From positions 40,369-104,368 of the IMG/VR virus record IMGVR_UViG_3300033153_010326: a stretch of 64,000 nt of DNA, one strand, 5' to 3'. A model generated the notes under the pieces. The model saw only the letters and a list, made by a program, of their open reading frames with translations, was not told the DNA's origin and made no database searches. Positions 18,586-27,858 of this stretch are shown in pieces. Source of the DNA: a virus. The stretch's first letter is position 1. Each line of letters begins with the position of its first letter. The position numbers and the translations under genes are program-made.

Positions 18586-19176
18586 ATGTATATTAAAAAA
18601 ATAAAAAAATCTAATGTGGAAACTTTCTTAGGTGTAAAGCTAAAAGATAATATGGTTGCTCTTGGAGCAGATACAGCAGTTTATCATACAGCATTTGCAA
18701 TTATTAGAACTACTGATACTTATTTAATTTTAGAAAGTTTAGAAAAAATCGAAGTTCCTAAATTAGCTAAAAAATCTACTATAGAACAAAGATTGAAAAA
18801 TTTAGATTTATACACCGAACAGTTAGATGACCTAAAAAACAAATGGTCAAAATTATATAAATTTGATTATACAAAAATCGAGGACTGTTATTATGCTTTT
18901 AGCGTTTTGACAACTAAATCTCTAGCTTATAATTCTATCCTAACTTATGATAGATTAAAACGAATTTCTACATATACAACTTTAATAATGCCAAATTCGG
19001 CTAGAGCTAAAATTAAATTTAAGAAATCTAAAAAGAAAATGACTAAAATTGAATTTAAGAATGAAATTATAGATTATGTAAATTTAGCTTTGGGATTAGA
19101 AATTACTAATAATGATGAAGCAGACAGTATCATATTAGCATTAGCTGGATTAGTGGAGGGATATTATGGGAAATAA
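18586..19176 (+). CDS. RuvC-like Holliday junction resolvase
   Basis: LGADTA, KIED, NNDEADSIILA. Confidence 0.75.
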   Translation: MYIKKIKKSNVETFLGVKLKDNMVALGADTAVYHTAFAIIRTTDTYLILESLEKIEVPKLAKKSTIEQRLKNLDLYTEQLDDLKNKWSKLYKFDYTKIEDCYYAFSVLTTKSLAYNSILTYDRLKRISTYTTLIMPNSARAKIKFKKSKKKMTKIEFKNEIIDYVNLALGLEITNNDEADSIILALAGLVEGYYGK

Positions 19177-19360
19177 ATTTTATAAAAAATTAGAAAAAAT
19201 TAAAGGAAAAGTATTAAAAGATATTAGAACTGGATGGTCAGGAGCAGAAATAGAATTAGAGTTTGAAGATGGAACTATAGCGGAGTTAAGTATATTAAGA
19301 TACCCTGATGGTACTATTAGTGAAAAAATATTAGAAATTGAGGAAAATAATGGCAAATAA
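19166..19360 (+). CDS. Hypothetical protein
   Basis: 64 aa, GGAGG RBS. Confidence 0.55.
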   Translation: MGNKFYKKLEKIKGKVLKDIRTGWSGAEIELEFEDGTIAELSILRYPDGTISEKILEIEENNGK

Positions 19361-20312
19361 AGACCTAGATAAAAAATTATCAGACTTAGAAAAGAATTTT
19401 GGATTAGTTAGAGGCTCTTCTAATGATAAACTATATGAGACTATTAGAGTAGGAATTTATGCACTGGATTATGTAATTGGAGGAATAAAGGTAGTTGAGG
19501 GTGGACACAAAGTTGAGTTTTACGGGAATGAATCTAGTGGAAAAACTACGTTTTTATTAAAGACTGTAGCCAAATATCAATCTTTAGGTAAAATTTGTGT
19601 TTGGATAGTTTCTGAAAGTTTTGATGAAAATTGGGCTAAACAAATGGGAGTAGATGTAGATAAACTTTTAAGATTTTTTCCTGATTCAGTAGAACATGCT
19701 TGTGATAAAATTCTAGATTTAATACCTGAAGTAGACCTTATTGCAGTAGATAGTGTAGCTTCTTTAGTACCTGAAGCAGAATTAAAAGGAACATTAAGCG
19801 ATAAAACTAGAGGAGCACAAGCAAAAGCTTATTCAGAATTTACTAGAAAATTATATAAAAAAATTGCTCATGAAACTACAACTCTTATTTTTATTAATCA
19901 AATTCGGGAAAAGATGAATGTGATGTGGGGGAATCCAGAGGACACCCCTTGCGGTAGAGCATTAAAATTTATGTATGATACTAGAGTGATATTTAAAATT
20001 GGTAAACCTATAGATGTAGGACAAGGGAAAGATAAGGTTAGAATTGGAACGGAATTAAAAATACATGGATATAAAAATAAAAGAGGGGTTTCTAAACGTA
20101 CTGCCTACATTAATTTTTTCTTCGAGGATGGAGAAATAGAAAATGATATAAGTTTACTTCATGCTGGTATTAAATATTCTGTTATAGAATTTACTGGTCA
20201 AACTTATAAATTTGGAGATAAGAAAGCTAGGGGGAAAGATAAATTTATGAAAATCATGACAGACAAGGATTGGAATAAAGTGGAGGAATTAGTATGGAAA
20301 AGACTAAAATAA
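19350..20312 (+). CDS. recA: RecA/UvsX recombinase
   Basis: EFYGNESSGKTT, VDSVASLVP.AEL.G, FINQIREK, GRALKF. Confidence 0.95.
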   Translation: MANKDLDKKLSDLEKNFGLVRGSSNDKLYETIRVGIYALDYVIGGIKVVEGGHKVEFYGNESSGKTTFLLKTVAKYQSLGKICVWIVSESFDENWAKQMGVDVDKLLRFFPDSVEHACDKILDLIPEVDLIAVDSVASLVPEAELKGTLSDKTRGAQAKAYSEFTRKLYKKIAHETTTLIFINQIREKMNVMWGNPEDTPCGRALKFMYDTRVIFKIGKPIDVGQGKDKVRIGTELKIHGYKNKRGVSKRTAYINFFFEDGEIENDISLLHAGIKYSVIEFTGQTYKFGDKKARGKDKFMKIMTDKDWNKVEELVWKRLK

Positions 20313-20608
20313 AAAAGATTCCTGATAGATGGTATCATAGAGTCAAAGGATGGAAATATAGTAGGGATTGTAAATGTTATTATAGGTCAGATTTTCAAAG
20401 TCCTCCTTTTATGTATTGTTTAGGAAATAGAATGATACATGCTGATTATGGTTATGATAGTTATGGAATTTATTGGACAGGTTCTACAAGTGAAGCTTGG
20501 CATGGGGGGTATAGAGGTAATGATTTAGGAAAAGCTATAAGATGGGTAAGAGGAGCTAGACATAAAAAATTAGGTTGTTATTTATGGGGAGATAAATATG
20601 AAAAATAA
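20294..20608 (+). CDS. Hypothetical protein
   Basis: 104 aa, Trp/Tyr-rich, GGAGG RBS. Confidence 0.55.
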   Translation: MEKTKIKKIPDRWYHRVKGWKYSRDCKCYYRSDFQSPPFMYCLGNRMIHADYGYDSYGIYWTGSTSEAWHGGYRGNDLGKAIRWVRGARHKKLGCYLWGDKYEK

Positions 20609-20906
20609 AACAGTAGAATGTTATTGTTGTCATAAAGAATACGAACTTAAAGATATTACAAAAATTTATGCTGGAAAAGATGAATATAGATTTGTATGTA
20701 AAGGATGTAATAATTTAAAAGATATACCAATAGGAATAATAGGAGACAAATAAATGAAAGAATATTATTGGGTTTCTACTTCATTTGCAACATCCATGAT
20801 AACTATAGAAGAAGGAATTATTATAGATTCAGCACCAGTATGGAGAGAGTTTATAGAAACTAATTTTAATAAATTTTTAGAATGGTTAGAACAAAAAGGA
20901 GAAGTT

Positions 20907-21108
20907 AAATGGAAACAAATAGGATAGAAAGAATTATTGAAGGTTTAAAATTAATAAATTCTAAAGCGGAAGTAATATTAAGAAGAGAAGTTATGGAAGC
21001 TGATTGTTTAAATTTTTCTGAATTAGCTGATAAAATGTCAAATCATATTAAAAATATTTGTAATCAATTAATTAAGGAAATTAAAAATGGAAACAAATAG
21101 GATAGAAA
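20907..21108 (+). repeat. 24-bp direct repeat at two consecutive gene starts
   Basis: AAATGGAAACAAATAGGATAGAAA at 20907-20930 and 21085-21108. Confidence 0.9.
20909..21100 (+). CDS. Hypothetical protein (METNRIE start 1)
   Basis: 63 aa, AGGAG RBS. Confidence 0.55.
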   Translation: METNRIERIIEGLKLINSKAEVILRREVMEADCLNFSELADKMSNHIKNICNQLIKEIKNGNK

Positions 21109-21284
21109 AAAGAGCTAAAGAAATTTTAGCAGAATTTCCTCAAATAAAAGAACAACCTGTTTCTATAAGTGGAAACTTCCATTTAGGAGAGACCATAGAA
21201 CAACATTTAGAAAGATGTAAACAGAAACCTAATCTAGAGAAAGCAAATAAATTTCTTTTAGATATTAGAAAGGAGAATTGGTAA
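21087..21284 (+). CDS. Hypothetical protein (METNRIE start 2)
   Basis: 65 aa, AAGGA RBS. Confidence 0.55.
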   Translation: METNRIEKRAKEILAEFPQIKEQPVSISGNFHLGETIEQHLERCKQKPNLEKANKFLLDIRKENW

Positions 21285-21285
21285 C

Positions 21286-21495
21286 ATGAAAATAATATTA
21301 GAATATGAAGGCAATGGAGAATTAAGAAGAAGAGTTCAAATAGATACAGATGCAGAATCAATTCATAATGTTATGAATGAAATTGAAAATGCTTTGATTG
21401 CTTATGGATTTCATCCAGATACTGTAAAAGATGGGTTTTTAGGAAAAGCGGAACAAATAGAAAATAACAAAGAAGGAGAAAAAAGTGGATTATAA
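21286..21495 (+). CDS. Hypothetical protein
   Basis: 69 aa, AGGAG RBS. Confidence 0.6.
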   Translation: MKIILEYEGNGELRRRVQIDTDAESIHNVMNEIENALIAYGFHPDTVKDGFLGKAEQIENNKEGEKSGL

Positions 21496-21937
21496 AAAAC
21501 TAGAAAAATATTTTAAAGAAGAAGAAACTTTAGAAGAAGCTTTAGATTATTTAGAGAAGCCTATTAAAAAGGTTACTTATTGGGCTAATCTATTTCAAAA
21601 AGGAATTGTTCATGATAATCCTGAAGAAATTAATAAAGCTATAATAGAATTAGCTGGAGCATATTCAGATTTAAGAATTGCTTTAGGATTGGCAAATTAT
21701 TATAAGAAACATAAAGAATTAGAAAGATATATGGAAATAAAAACTGAAATAGAGAACGAAGGAGAAAAAAAATTCGTTTCCGCTTCAGCAGAAAAAGAAG
21801 CTCAAAAAGATACCATGCCTTATCGTAGAGTTAGAAATATTATAAGAGCACATAAAGAATCTGCTGATAAAAGTATAACCGCTTTACAAAATGTTAATAA
21901 TAATTTAGATAAAGAAATGAGAAAGAATCCTGAATAA
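21485..21937 (+). CDS. UvsY-like recombination mediator (putative)
   Basis: All-helical, ~150 aa, near recA. Confidence 0.45.
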   Translation: MDYKKLEKYFKEEETLEEALDYLEKPIKKVTYWANLFQKGIVHDNPEEINKAIIELAGAYSDLRIALGLANYYKKHKELERYMEIKTEIENEGEKKFVSASAEKEAQKDTMPYRRVRNIIRAHKESADKSITALQNVNNNLDKEMRKNPE

Positions 21938-21952
21938 TAAGGAGAAAGATTT

Positions 21953-22519
21953 ATGGATAAAAGGCAGAAGGAAATAGTAGAGGATAGGATTAAACTTTTG
22001 GGCGAACTCAAACCTTCAATAAAAGAGGACAAAGATGAAGCAGATGCCCTTAAGAGTTTGCTTGCTGAGGTAGACAGTATCAAAGCAGAACGAGATGAAT
22101 TAGCATGTGATACAACTGCTGTAATCAAGCTTCTTGAAGAACAACTCGCCCAAGCTAAGGCAGAGGTGGAGAGGTTGAAGAAGATGGCATACGAAGGAAG
22201 TGAGTGGGAAAAACTTAGCTTGGGTTGGAGTAAGAAATATCATAATTGCCTAGCCGAACTCTTTAAGGCTAAAGAGGCTTTAGAAGTCAAATTCGGTATG
22301 TGGTTATGTCCTACTTGCGGAAGAGGCGCCCCGAGTGGAAGAAATTGTCATAATTGTCTTGAACTAGAGATAGCTCGTATCAAGGGTATAACGGTGGAAG
22401 AGTGGATAACAATAGTAGAAACTACTCGTAAAAGAATATTGGATGGAACAATGGTAGGAGAATTATTTTCAGATGTAATAGCCACAGCCATAGTTGAAAA
22501 GATACAAGGAGGTAAATAA
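21953..22519 (+). CDS. Coiled-coil/zinc-finger hypothetical protein, G+C-rich
   Basis: CPTC...CHNC; codon usage visibly different from flanks. Confidence 0.65.
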   Translation: MDKRQKEIVEDRIKLLGELKPSIKEDKDEADALKSLLAEVDSIKAERDELACDTTAVIKLLEEQLAQAKAEVERLKKMAYEGSEWEKLSLGWSKKYHNCLAELFKAKEALEVKFGMWLCPTCGRGAPSGRNCHNCLELEIARIKGITVEEWITIVETTRKRILDGTMVGELFSDVIATAIVEKIQGGK

Positions 22520-22998
22520 TGAAAGATTCTAGTAATATTTTTAAGGTGTGGGGGACTCGCAATAGAATTCTTTTAACAGATACTTGTGAAATAGATTACC
22601 TTAAACTTAAAGCTAATACCTATTGCTCCCAACATACACATGAAAATAAAATAAATTTATTTTATGTATTAAAAGGTAAGGTTAGAATTGAGAGTGAATT
22701 TGGTAAAGTAGTTTTACAAAAAGGGCAGGGATTTGAAGTAAGCCCTCCTTTAAAACATAGATTCGTGGTTTTGGTAGATTCTGAAATGGTAGAAATCGCA
22801 TTTGTAAATAAAGGAAAAATTGATGCTAATGATATTAAAAGAGAAAAACAAGGTGGTAGAATAATTAAAGGTAAATATATAGGTATACCTGAATTAAGAA
22901 AACAAGGTTATTTAGAATTAGATAATACAGATTCTCAACCTTCTACTGAAGGTAAACCTACAATAATTAAACTTGGAGAACAAAAAGATGTTAATTAA
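22519..22998 (+). CDS. Cupin-domain protein
   Basis: SQHTHENKINLFYVLKG...V.P.LKHRF. Confidence 0.8.
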   Translation: MKDSSNIFKVWGTRNRILLTDTCEIDYLKLKANTYCSQHTHENKINLFYVLKGKVRIESEFGKVVLQKGQGFEVSPPLKHRFVVLVDSEMVEIAFVNKGKIDANDIKREKQGGRIIKGKYIGIPELRKQGYLELDNTDSQPSTEGKPTIIKLGEQKDVN

Positions 22999-23101
22999 AT
23001 ATTGTAATTGTAAAAAACCAGCTTTAGCAGGGATGCTTACTAAGAATAAAGAACAACAATGTGCTAAGTGTGGAAAAATTATTAAAAAGAGGATAAAATG
23101 A
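22988..23101 (+). CDS. Mini zinc-finger protein (37 aa, not in ORF track)
   Basis: KYCNCKKP...CAKCGKII; GGAG RBS; stop overlaps pol ATG. Confidence 0.55.
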   Translation: MLIKYCNCKKPALAGMLTKNKEQQCAKCGKIIKKRIK

Positions 23102-26100
23102 AACTTATAAATATTGCGAATGAGTTTAGGTCAATTTATTTATTCTGTAGAGATGATGCAGGAAAATTAAATATAAAAACGATTAATAGTTTCTTTCCTT
23201 ATTATTACATCCTCGATGATGATGGTTCTTATCTAAGTTTTACAGGTGAACCCCTTAGAAAAGTAATTGTATCTGCTCCTCATGAGATAGCTCAAAATAG
23301 AACTGATAGTTCTTATGAAGCTGATATTCAACTAACTAAAAGATATTTAATAGATAAAATAGATAAATTAGAAAAAACTAAAATTAAATATTCTTTTATT
23401 GATATAGAAATTTTAACAGATGAAAAACCCAATGTTCAAATAGCGAATAAACCTGTAAGTTGTATTTCCGTATATAATTCCTTTACTGATGAAATTAAAA
23501 CTTTCTTCTTAAAAGATTATGATAGTGATGAAAGGGAAATGTTAGAAGATTTTGTAGTGTATATGAAATCGGAAGCATTTGATTTATGGTTAAGTTGGTT
23601 TGTAGATTTTGATTATGATTATTTATTTCATAGATATCATCTTTTAACTGGAGAAGTTTTTCCTGAAGCTATTAGCCCTATAGGAAAATCTAGATATGGG
23701 AAAAAAGATGTATATTATCCAGCAGGAATAAGTATTGTAGATTATCTTGAATGGTTTAAGAAAATAACTATGAATAAAGAATTACAATACACTTTAGATT
23801 ATATTGCACAAAAACATTTAGGAAAAGGAAAAGTTCATTCTAAAGTAGATTTTTCTAAACTTACAGATGAAATTAAAGAAAGAAATATAGAAGATGTAAC
23901 TATAATGAAACAATTAGAAGAAAAGAAACAACTTATTCCTTACTTCGATGAAATTAGAAGAATGTCTAAAGTTGAATGGGAAGATTTAAATTTTAATAGT
24001 CGAATTTTAGATATGCTTTTATTATCAGAAGCGAAGAATCAAAAAGTAGTTTTGCCAATGAAACCTGATGAAAGAAGAGGAACTTTAGCTGATAAACCAG
24101 ATTTTACAGGAGCTTATCGTGATATACTGGAAAGTGGTGCTTTTTTTGACGTGGGAGCATATGATATTTCCGAAGCGTACCCATCCATGATAATAAATTT
24201 CGCTTTAGATATTGCTAACTTAAAATCAGAAAAAGAAGAAAATACTTTACCTATAACTATAAAAAATATGGATAGAGATGAAAATAAAAATTTACAATAT
24301 AATAAAGACCATTCTTTAAAAACTATAGTAGGAAATACTCATTATTATATTCAAGATAATACTAAACTTTTATCAACTGTAACTAAAAAACTATTAACTT
24401 TAAAAAGGAAAATTAAAAATCAATTGAAAGAATGTAAATTGGATAGTCAAGAATATATTGATACTAAGCAAAGTTATGATGCTATAAAGACAATTGTAAA
24501 TTCTTGTTTTACACCAGATACAAATATAATTACAACAGAAGGTATTAAAAATATTAAAGATATTAAAATAGGAGATAAGGTATATAATGTAAATCCTATA
24601 ACTTTAAAAGTTGAAGAAGATGAAATAATAGATACTCAAAAATTAAATTATAATGGAGATATTTATAATTATAAAAATGATTTAACAAATTTAAAAATTA
24701 CAAATGACCATAAATTTTTAGTTCAAAATAAACGAACTCAAAAAAATAAATTTGAATCAGTTAAAGAATTATATAAACAATCTGGTAAATATTATACTAT
24801 TCCTTCAATACAACCTAGAATAATAGATTCATCAACTATAATTACTCTTTTAAATATTTTACAAAAAAATGATGGTAAAATTTGGATGAGAACAAAAAAT
24901 ATGTATAAAATAAGAAAAACAAAAATTTTCCCTTTTAAAAAGAAACTTACAAAAAGAAATAATCATCATACTTGGTATATTTGTAATGCTAAAGAAATAA
25001 CTGAAAAAAAATTATTATCTTTTTATAAAGCTGATTGGAAAATTTATGGAGAAATAAGACCTAAAACAAAATTATCACCTATAATATTTTCTAAATATCA
25101 TTTTATTCAATTATTAGGTTGGTTTATATCAGAAGGAAGTATTTATAAATCTAAAATGAAACAATATGAAAAAACAAAAAGAGATATTAGTACTGTTATA
25201 AGTATTAGTCAATATGATAAACAAAATAGAGAAGAAATAGAAGATTTACTTAAAAATTGCGATTTTGATATTAATTGGAAAAATAATAAAGGATTATCAT
25301 TTTGTTCAGAAGTTTTATATTACTATTTTAAAGATAATTGTGGAAATAATTCTTTTAATAAAAAAATTCCAAAATTTATTTTTAAAGAAAGATACAATAT
25401 TATTTCTTTATTTTGGAATACTTTATATAAAGGAGATGGTAATAAAAGAGAAAAAAGATACAATACTAACTCTTGGCAATTAACTCAGGATTTATTAAAT
25501 TTGTTAATTTTAATGGGAAATAATTCAGTTAGATATTATAAAGATAAAAATACTTATAGAATTGTATGGAGCAATACAAATAAATCTATAAATAATAAAC
25601 AAATTAAAACTGAAAAATATAATGGATTTGTTTATTGTTGTACTACTAAAAAAAATCATAATCTATTTGCTGGTAGGAAGGGAAATTTTAGTTTAACAGG
25701 ACAATGCTATGGAGTATTTGGAAATCGGTTCTTTCGTTTATTTTCTGAAGAAATAGCGGAAACTACTACTTTTTTAGTAAGAGATTTTTTAGATTATGTA
25801 GTAACTGCTTTATATAAGAAAGGACATAAAGTTTTATATGTAGATACGGACAGCGTTATGATAGATAATCATAAGGAAGATATTTCAAATCTTTTAAATG
25901 ACTTAGCAATTAAATGGGCAAAAGAAAAATACGACAAAGATAATATTTCTTTAAATTTTGGTTTTGAAGGAGTTTTTGAGAGTATATTATTATGTACCAA
26001 ATGTAGGTATAAAGGTTATTTAAAAACACCAAAAGGAATTGAACCTATTACAAAAGGATTAGAGATTAAAAGAAAAGATAGTACAATTTATATGAAGGAA

Positions 26101-26688
26101 TTTCAAGAAATTTTAATAGATAAAATTATAAAACTTCGACAATCAAAAGAATTAATTTTTAAATGGATAAGAAGCGAAATTAATAATTTTAAGAATCAAT
26201 CCCTACAAGATATTTCTTGTCCTTGTAAATTAGGAATGAAACCAGAAGAATACAAAAATGTTCCGATTTTTTTAAGAGCTTTAAATAATACTAAAGACTA
26301 TACTAAAAAAGTTGGTGAAGCTTTTTATTATATTTATGTAAAACCTATAGAAGAACCTAAAATTAAGACTATAATTAAGGATAAAGGGAATTTAGGCCGG
26401 GATGATATTGTATTGGAAAAAAATATAACTCGTAAAGAAGGTATCGAATATGCTAAAAAAGAATGGGAAGTTCCTACTTATTTATCAAAAAATATAAGTG
26501 TAGTACATAAAAAAGAACAACCTAAGAATGTATTAGCATTTGATGAAGATAATTTTAATCATATAGAGAAATCAATGATAGATTGGAAAATGATGTTGGA
26601 ACGGAATATTTTAAAAAAGTTGGTAACAATATTTGAAGCAATGCGATGGGATTTGGAGGGATTTTTAAATGAAGAAAAGACAAAGTAA
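23098..26688 (+). CDS. polB: Family B DNA polymerase with intein
   Basis: Exo I DIE, FD, motif A D....YPS, motif B KTIVNS/CYG, motif C YVDTDS, KGLEIKRKD. Confidence 0.97.
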   Translation: MKLINIANEFRSIYLFCRDDAGKLNIKTINSFFPYYYILDDDGSYLSFTGEPLRKVIVSAPHEIAQNRTDSSYEADIQLTKRYLIDKIDKLEKTKIKYSFIDIEILTDEKPNVQIANKPVSCISVYNSFTDEIKTFFLKDYDSDEREMLEDFVVYMKSEAFDLWLSWFVDFDYDYLFHRYHLLTGEVFPEAISPIGKSRYGKKDVYYPAGISIVDYLEWFKKITMNKELQYTLDYIAQKHLGKGKVHSKVDFSKLTDEIKERNIEDVTIMKQLEEKKQLIPYFDEIRRMSKVEWEDLNFNSRILDMLLLSEAKNQKVVLPMKPDERRGTLADKPDFTGAYRDILESGAFFDVGAYDISEAYPSMIINFALDIANLKSEKEENTLPITIKNMDRDENKNLQYNKDHSLKTIVGNTHYYIQDNTKLLSTVTKKLLTLKRKIKNQLKECKLDSQEYIDTKQSYDAIKTIVNSCFTPDTNIITTEGIKNIKDIKIGDKVYNVNPITLKVEEDEIIDTQKLNYNGDIYNYKNDLTNLKITNDHKFLVQNKRTQKNKFESVKELYKQSGKYYTIPSIQPRIIDSSTIITLLNILQKNDGKIWMRTKNMYKIRKTKIFPFKKKLTKRNNHHTWYICNAKEITEKKLLSFYKADWKIYGEIRPKTKLSPIIFSKYHFIQLLGWFISEGSIYKSKMKQYEKTKRDISTVISISQYDKQNREEIEDLLKNCDFDINWKNNKGLSFCSEVLYYYFKDNCGNNSFNKKIPKFIFKERYNIISLFWNTLYKGDGNKREKRYNTNSWQLTQDLLNLLILMGNNSVRYYKDKNTYRIVWSNTNKSINNKQIKTEKYNGFVYCCTTKKNHNLFAGRKGNFSLTGQCYGVFGNRFFRLFSEEIAETTTFLVRDFLDYVVTALYKKGHKVLYVDTDSVMIDNHKEDISNLLNDLAIKWAKEKYDKDNISLNFGFEGVFESILLCTKCRYKGYLKTPKGIEPITKGLEIKRKDSTIYMKEFQEILIDKIIKLRQSKELIFKWIRSEINNFKNQSLQDISCPCKLGMKPEEYKNVPIFLRALNNTKDYTKKVGEAFYYIYVKPIEEPKIKTIIKDKGNLGRDDIVLEKNITRKEGIEYAKKEWEVPTYLSKNISVVHKKEQPKNVLAFDEDNFNHIEKSMIDWKMMLERNILKKLVTIFEAMRWDLEGFLNEEKTK
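24505..25704 (+). mobile_element. Intein (400 aa) with LAGLIDADG endonuclease, C-terminal Gln
   Basis: CFTPDT start, TNDHKF block B, LLGWFISEG and LYKGDG, ends TGQ before Cys. Confidence 0.93.
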
Positions 26689-26869
26689 ATATTGTAAATG
26701 TAAAATTGCTATTCCTAATTATAAAGAAGACAATATTATATGTAATAGATGTAATAAAATTATTAATGTTAAAATTAGGAAATTTTGGAAGATGAATCCG
26801 TTTACTAAAATAGAAAAGAATAAGAAAAAGTATAATAGAAAAAGAAATAAAGGAGAAAGATATGAATAA
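26669..26869 (+). CDS. Small basic zinc-finger protein
   Basis: KYCKC...CNRC. Confidence 0.55.
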   Translation: MKKRQSKYCKCKIAIPNYKEDNIICNRCNKIINVKIRKFWKMNPFTKIEKNKKKYNRKRNKGERYE

Positions 26870-27299
26870 TTGTTGTAAGAAATGGAAAGAAACCCAAGGT
26901 GTTAAATTAAGAGGACAGCATACTATATCACCTAAACGTATTATTTATTGCCCTGAATGTAGTGAAAGGTTGAAAGAAGTTACAATTAAGTATTGTGAGT
27001 GTGGCAATAAAGGTTTAATGGTAGTGAATGGTCAGATAGTAGAACCCTTATGTTGTGGTTTGTGTTATAAACCTTTCAAACTTACTAAATCTAATACCAA
27101 ATGGTGTAAGTGTGAAAAGCCTATGATACAAGAGAAATTTAGTCATTGTATGATTTGTTGGAAATCTATCAAGCCCAAGAAGATAAAAAAGTTAAAAATT
27201 TTACCACCACTAAACGGAGATACGACTGAATCAATATTATTGGGTTATAAAATTAACGAAATTATAGACCATATAAATAAGGAGAAATATGATGGATAA
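26862..27299 (+). CDS. Multi zinc-finger protein
   Basis: CPEC, KYCEC..CGLC, KWCKC..CMIC. Confidence 0.65.
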   Translation: MNNCCKKWKETQGVKLRGQHTISPKRIIYCPECSERLKEVTIKYCECGNKGLMVVNGQIVEPLCCGLCYKPFKLTKSNTKWCKCEKPMIQEKFSHCMICWKSIKPKKIKKLKILPPLNGDTTESILLGYKINEIIDHINKEKYDG

Positions 27300-27516
27300 T
27301 AGAAAATTAGTAAGAATAGAAGTTAGTTTTGTAAATGGAGCCCTTCATGATACTATATTAAATCCAAAAGACACTATAAATAATGATTATTGTTATGTTA
27401 TTGAAACTCAAGATAATAAAACTTTACTATATCCCTTTACTTCTATTTTAAGAATAACTGAACAATTTGAAACGGTAAAAGATAAACCAGAAGATTTAGA
27501 ATACGGTAATGCTTAA
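27289..27516 (+). CDS. Hypothetical protein
   Basis: 75 aa, AGGAG RBS. Confidence 0.55.
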   Translation: MMDNRKLVRIEVSFVNGALHDTILNPKDTINNDYCYVIETQDNKTLLYPFTSILRITEQFETVKDKPEDLEYGNA

Positions 27517-27545
27517 TAACAATAACAAAACAAGGAGGTTTTAAA

Positions 27546-27791
27546 ATGATAACAGGTAAAGACGTAAGAAAAGAATTAAGGATAGCCAAAGATACTATAG
27601 CTTCTAAAGATTCCACTATGGAACAGAAGCTAGAAGTAGTTAGGAAATCTGTTGAAGTAGGTGTTAAAGTTATACTTAGTGTTAGAGCAAGTTTAGTAAG
27701 AGTGATGGCAAAATTAGGAGTTGATAAGGTAAAACCTTCTCGCACTAATAATGTAGAAACTGTTGAAACAGAAGATAATGTTGAAGAATAA
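27546..27791 (+). CDS. Hypothetical protein
   Basis: 81 aa, AGGAGGT RBS. Confidence 0.65.
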   Translation: MITGKDVRKELRIAKDTIASKDSTMEQKLEVVRKSVEVGVKVILSVRASLVRVMAKLGVDKVKPSRTNNVETVETEDNVEE

Positions 27792-27800
27792 TTAATATTA

Positions 27801-27841
27801 GCTAGGGGGAGGTTCGCCATGTCCCAAGCCTCCTCCCTAGC
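27801..27841 (+). other. Strong intergenic hairpin
   Basis: GCTAGGG/CCCTAGC plus GGAGGTT/AGCCTCC. Confidence 0.65.
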
Positions 27842-27858
27842 CTTTGGGAGAAAAAATT

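Noticed and set aside
25265-25483. Alternative-frame ORF inside the PolB intein
   Set aside because: Fully nested, TTG start, no RBS or motif
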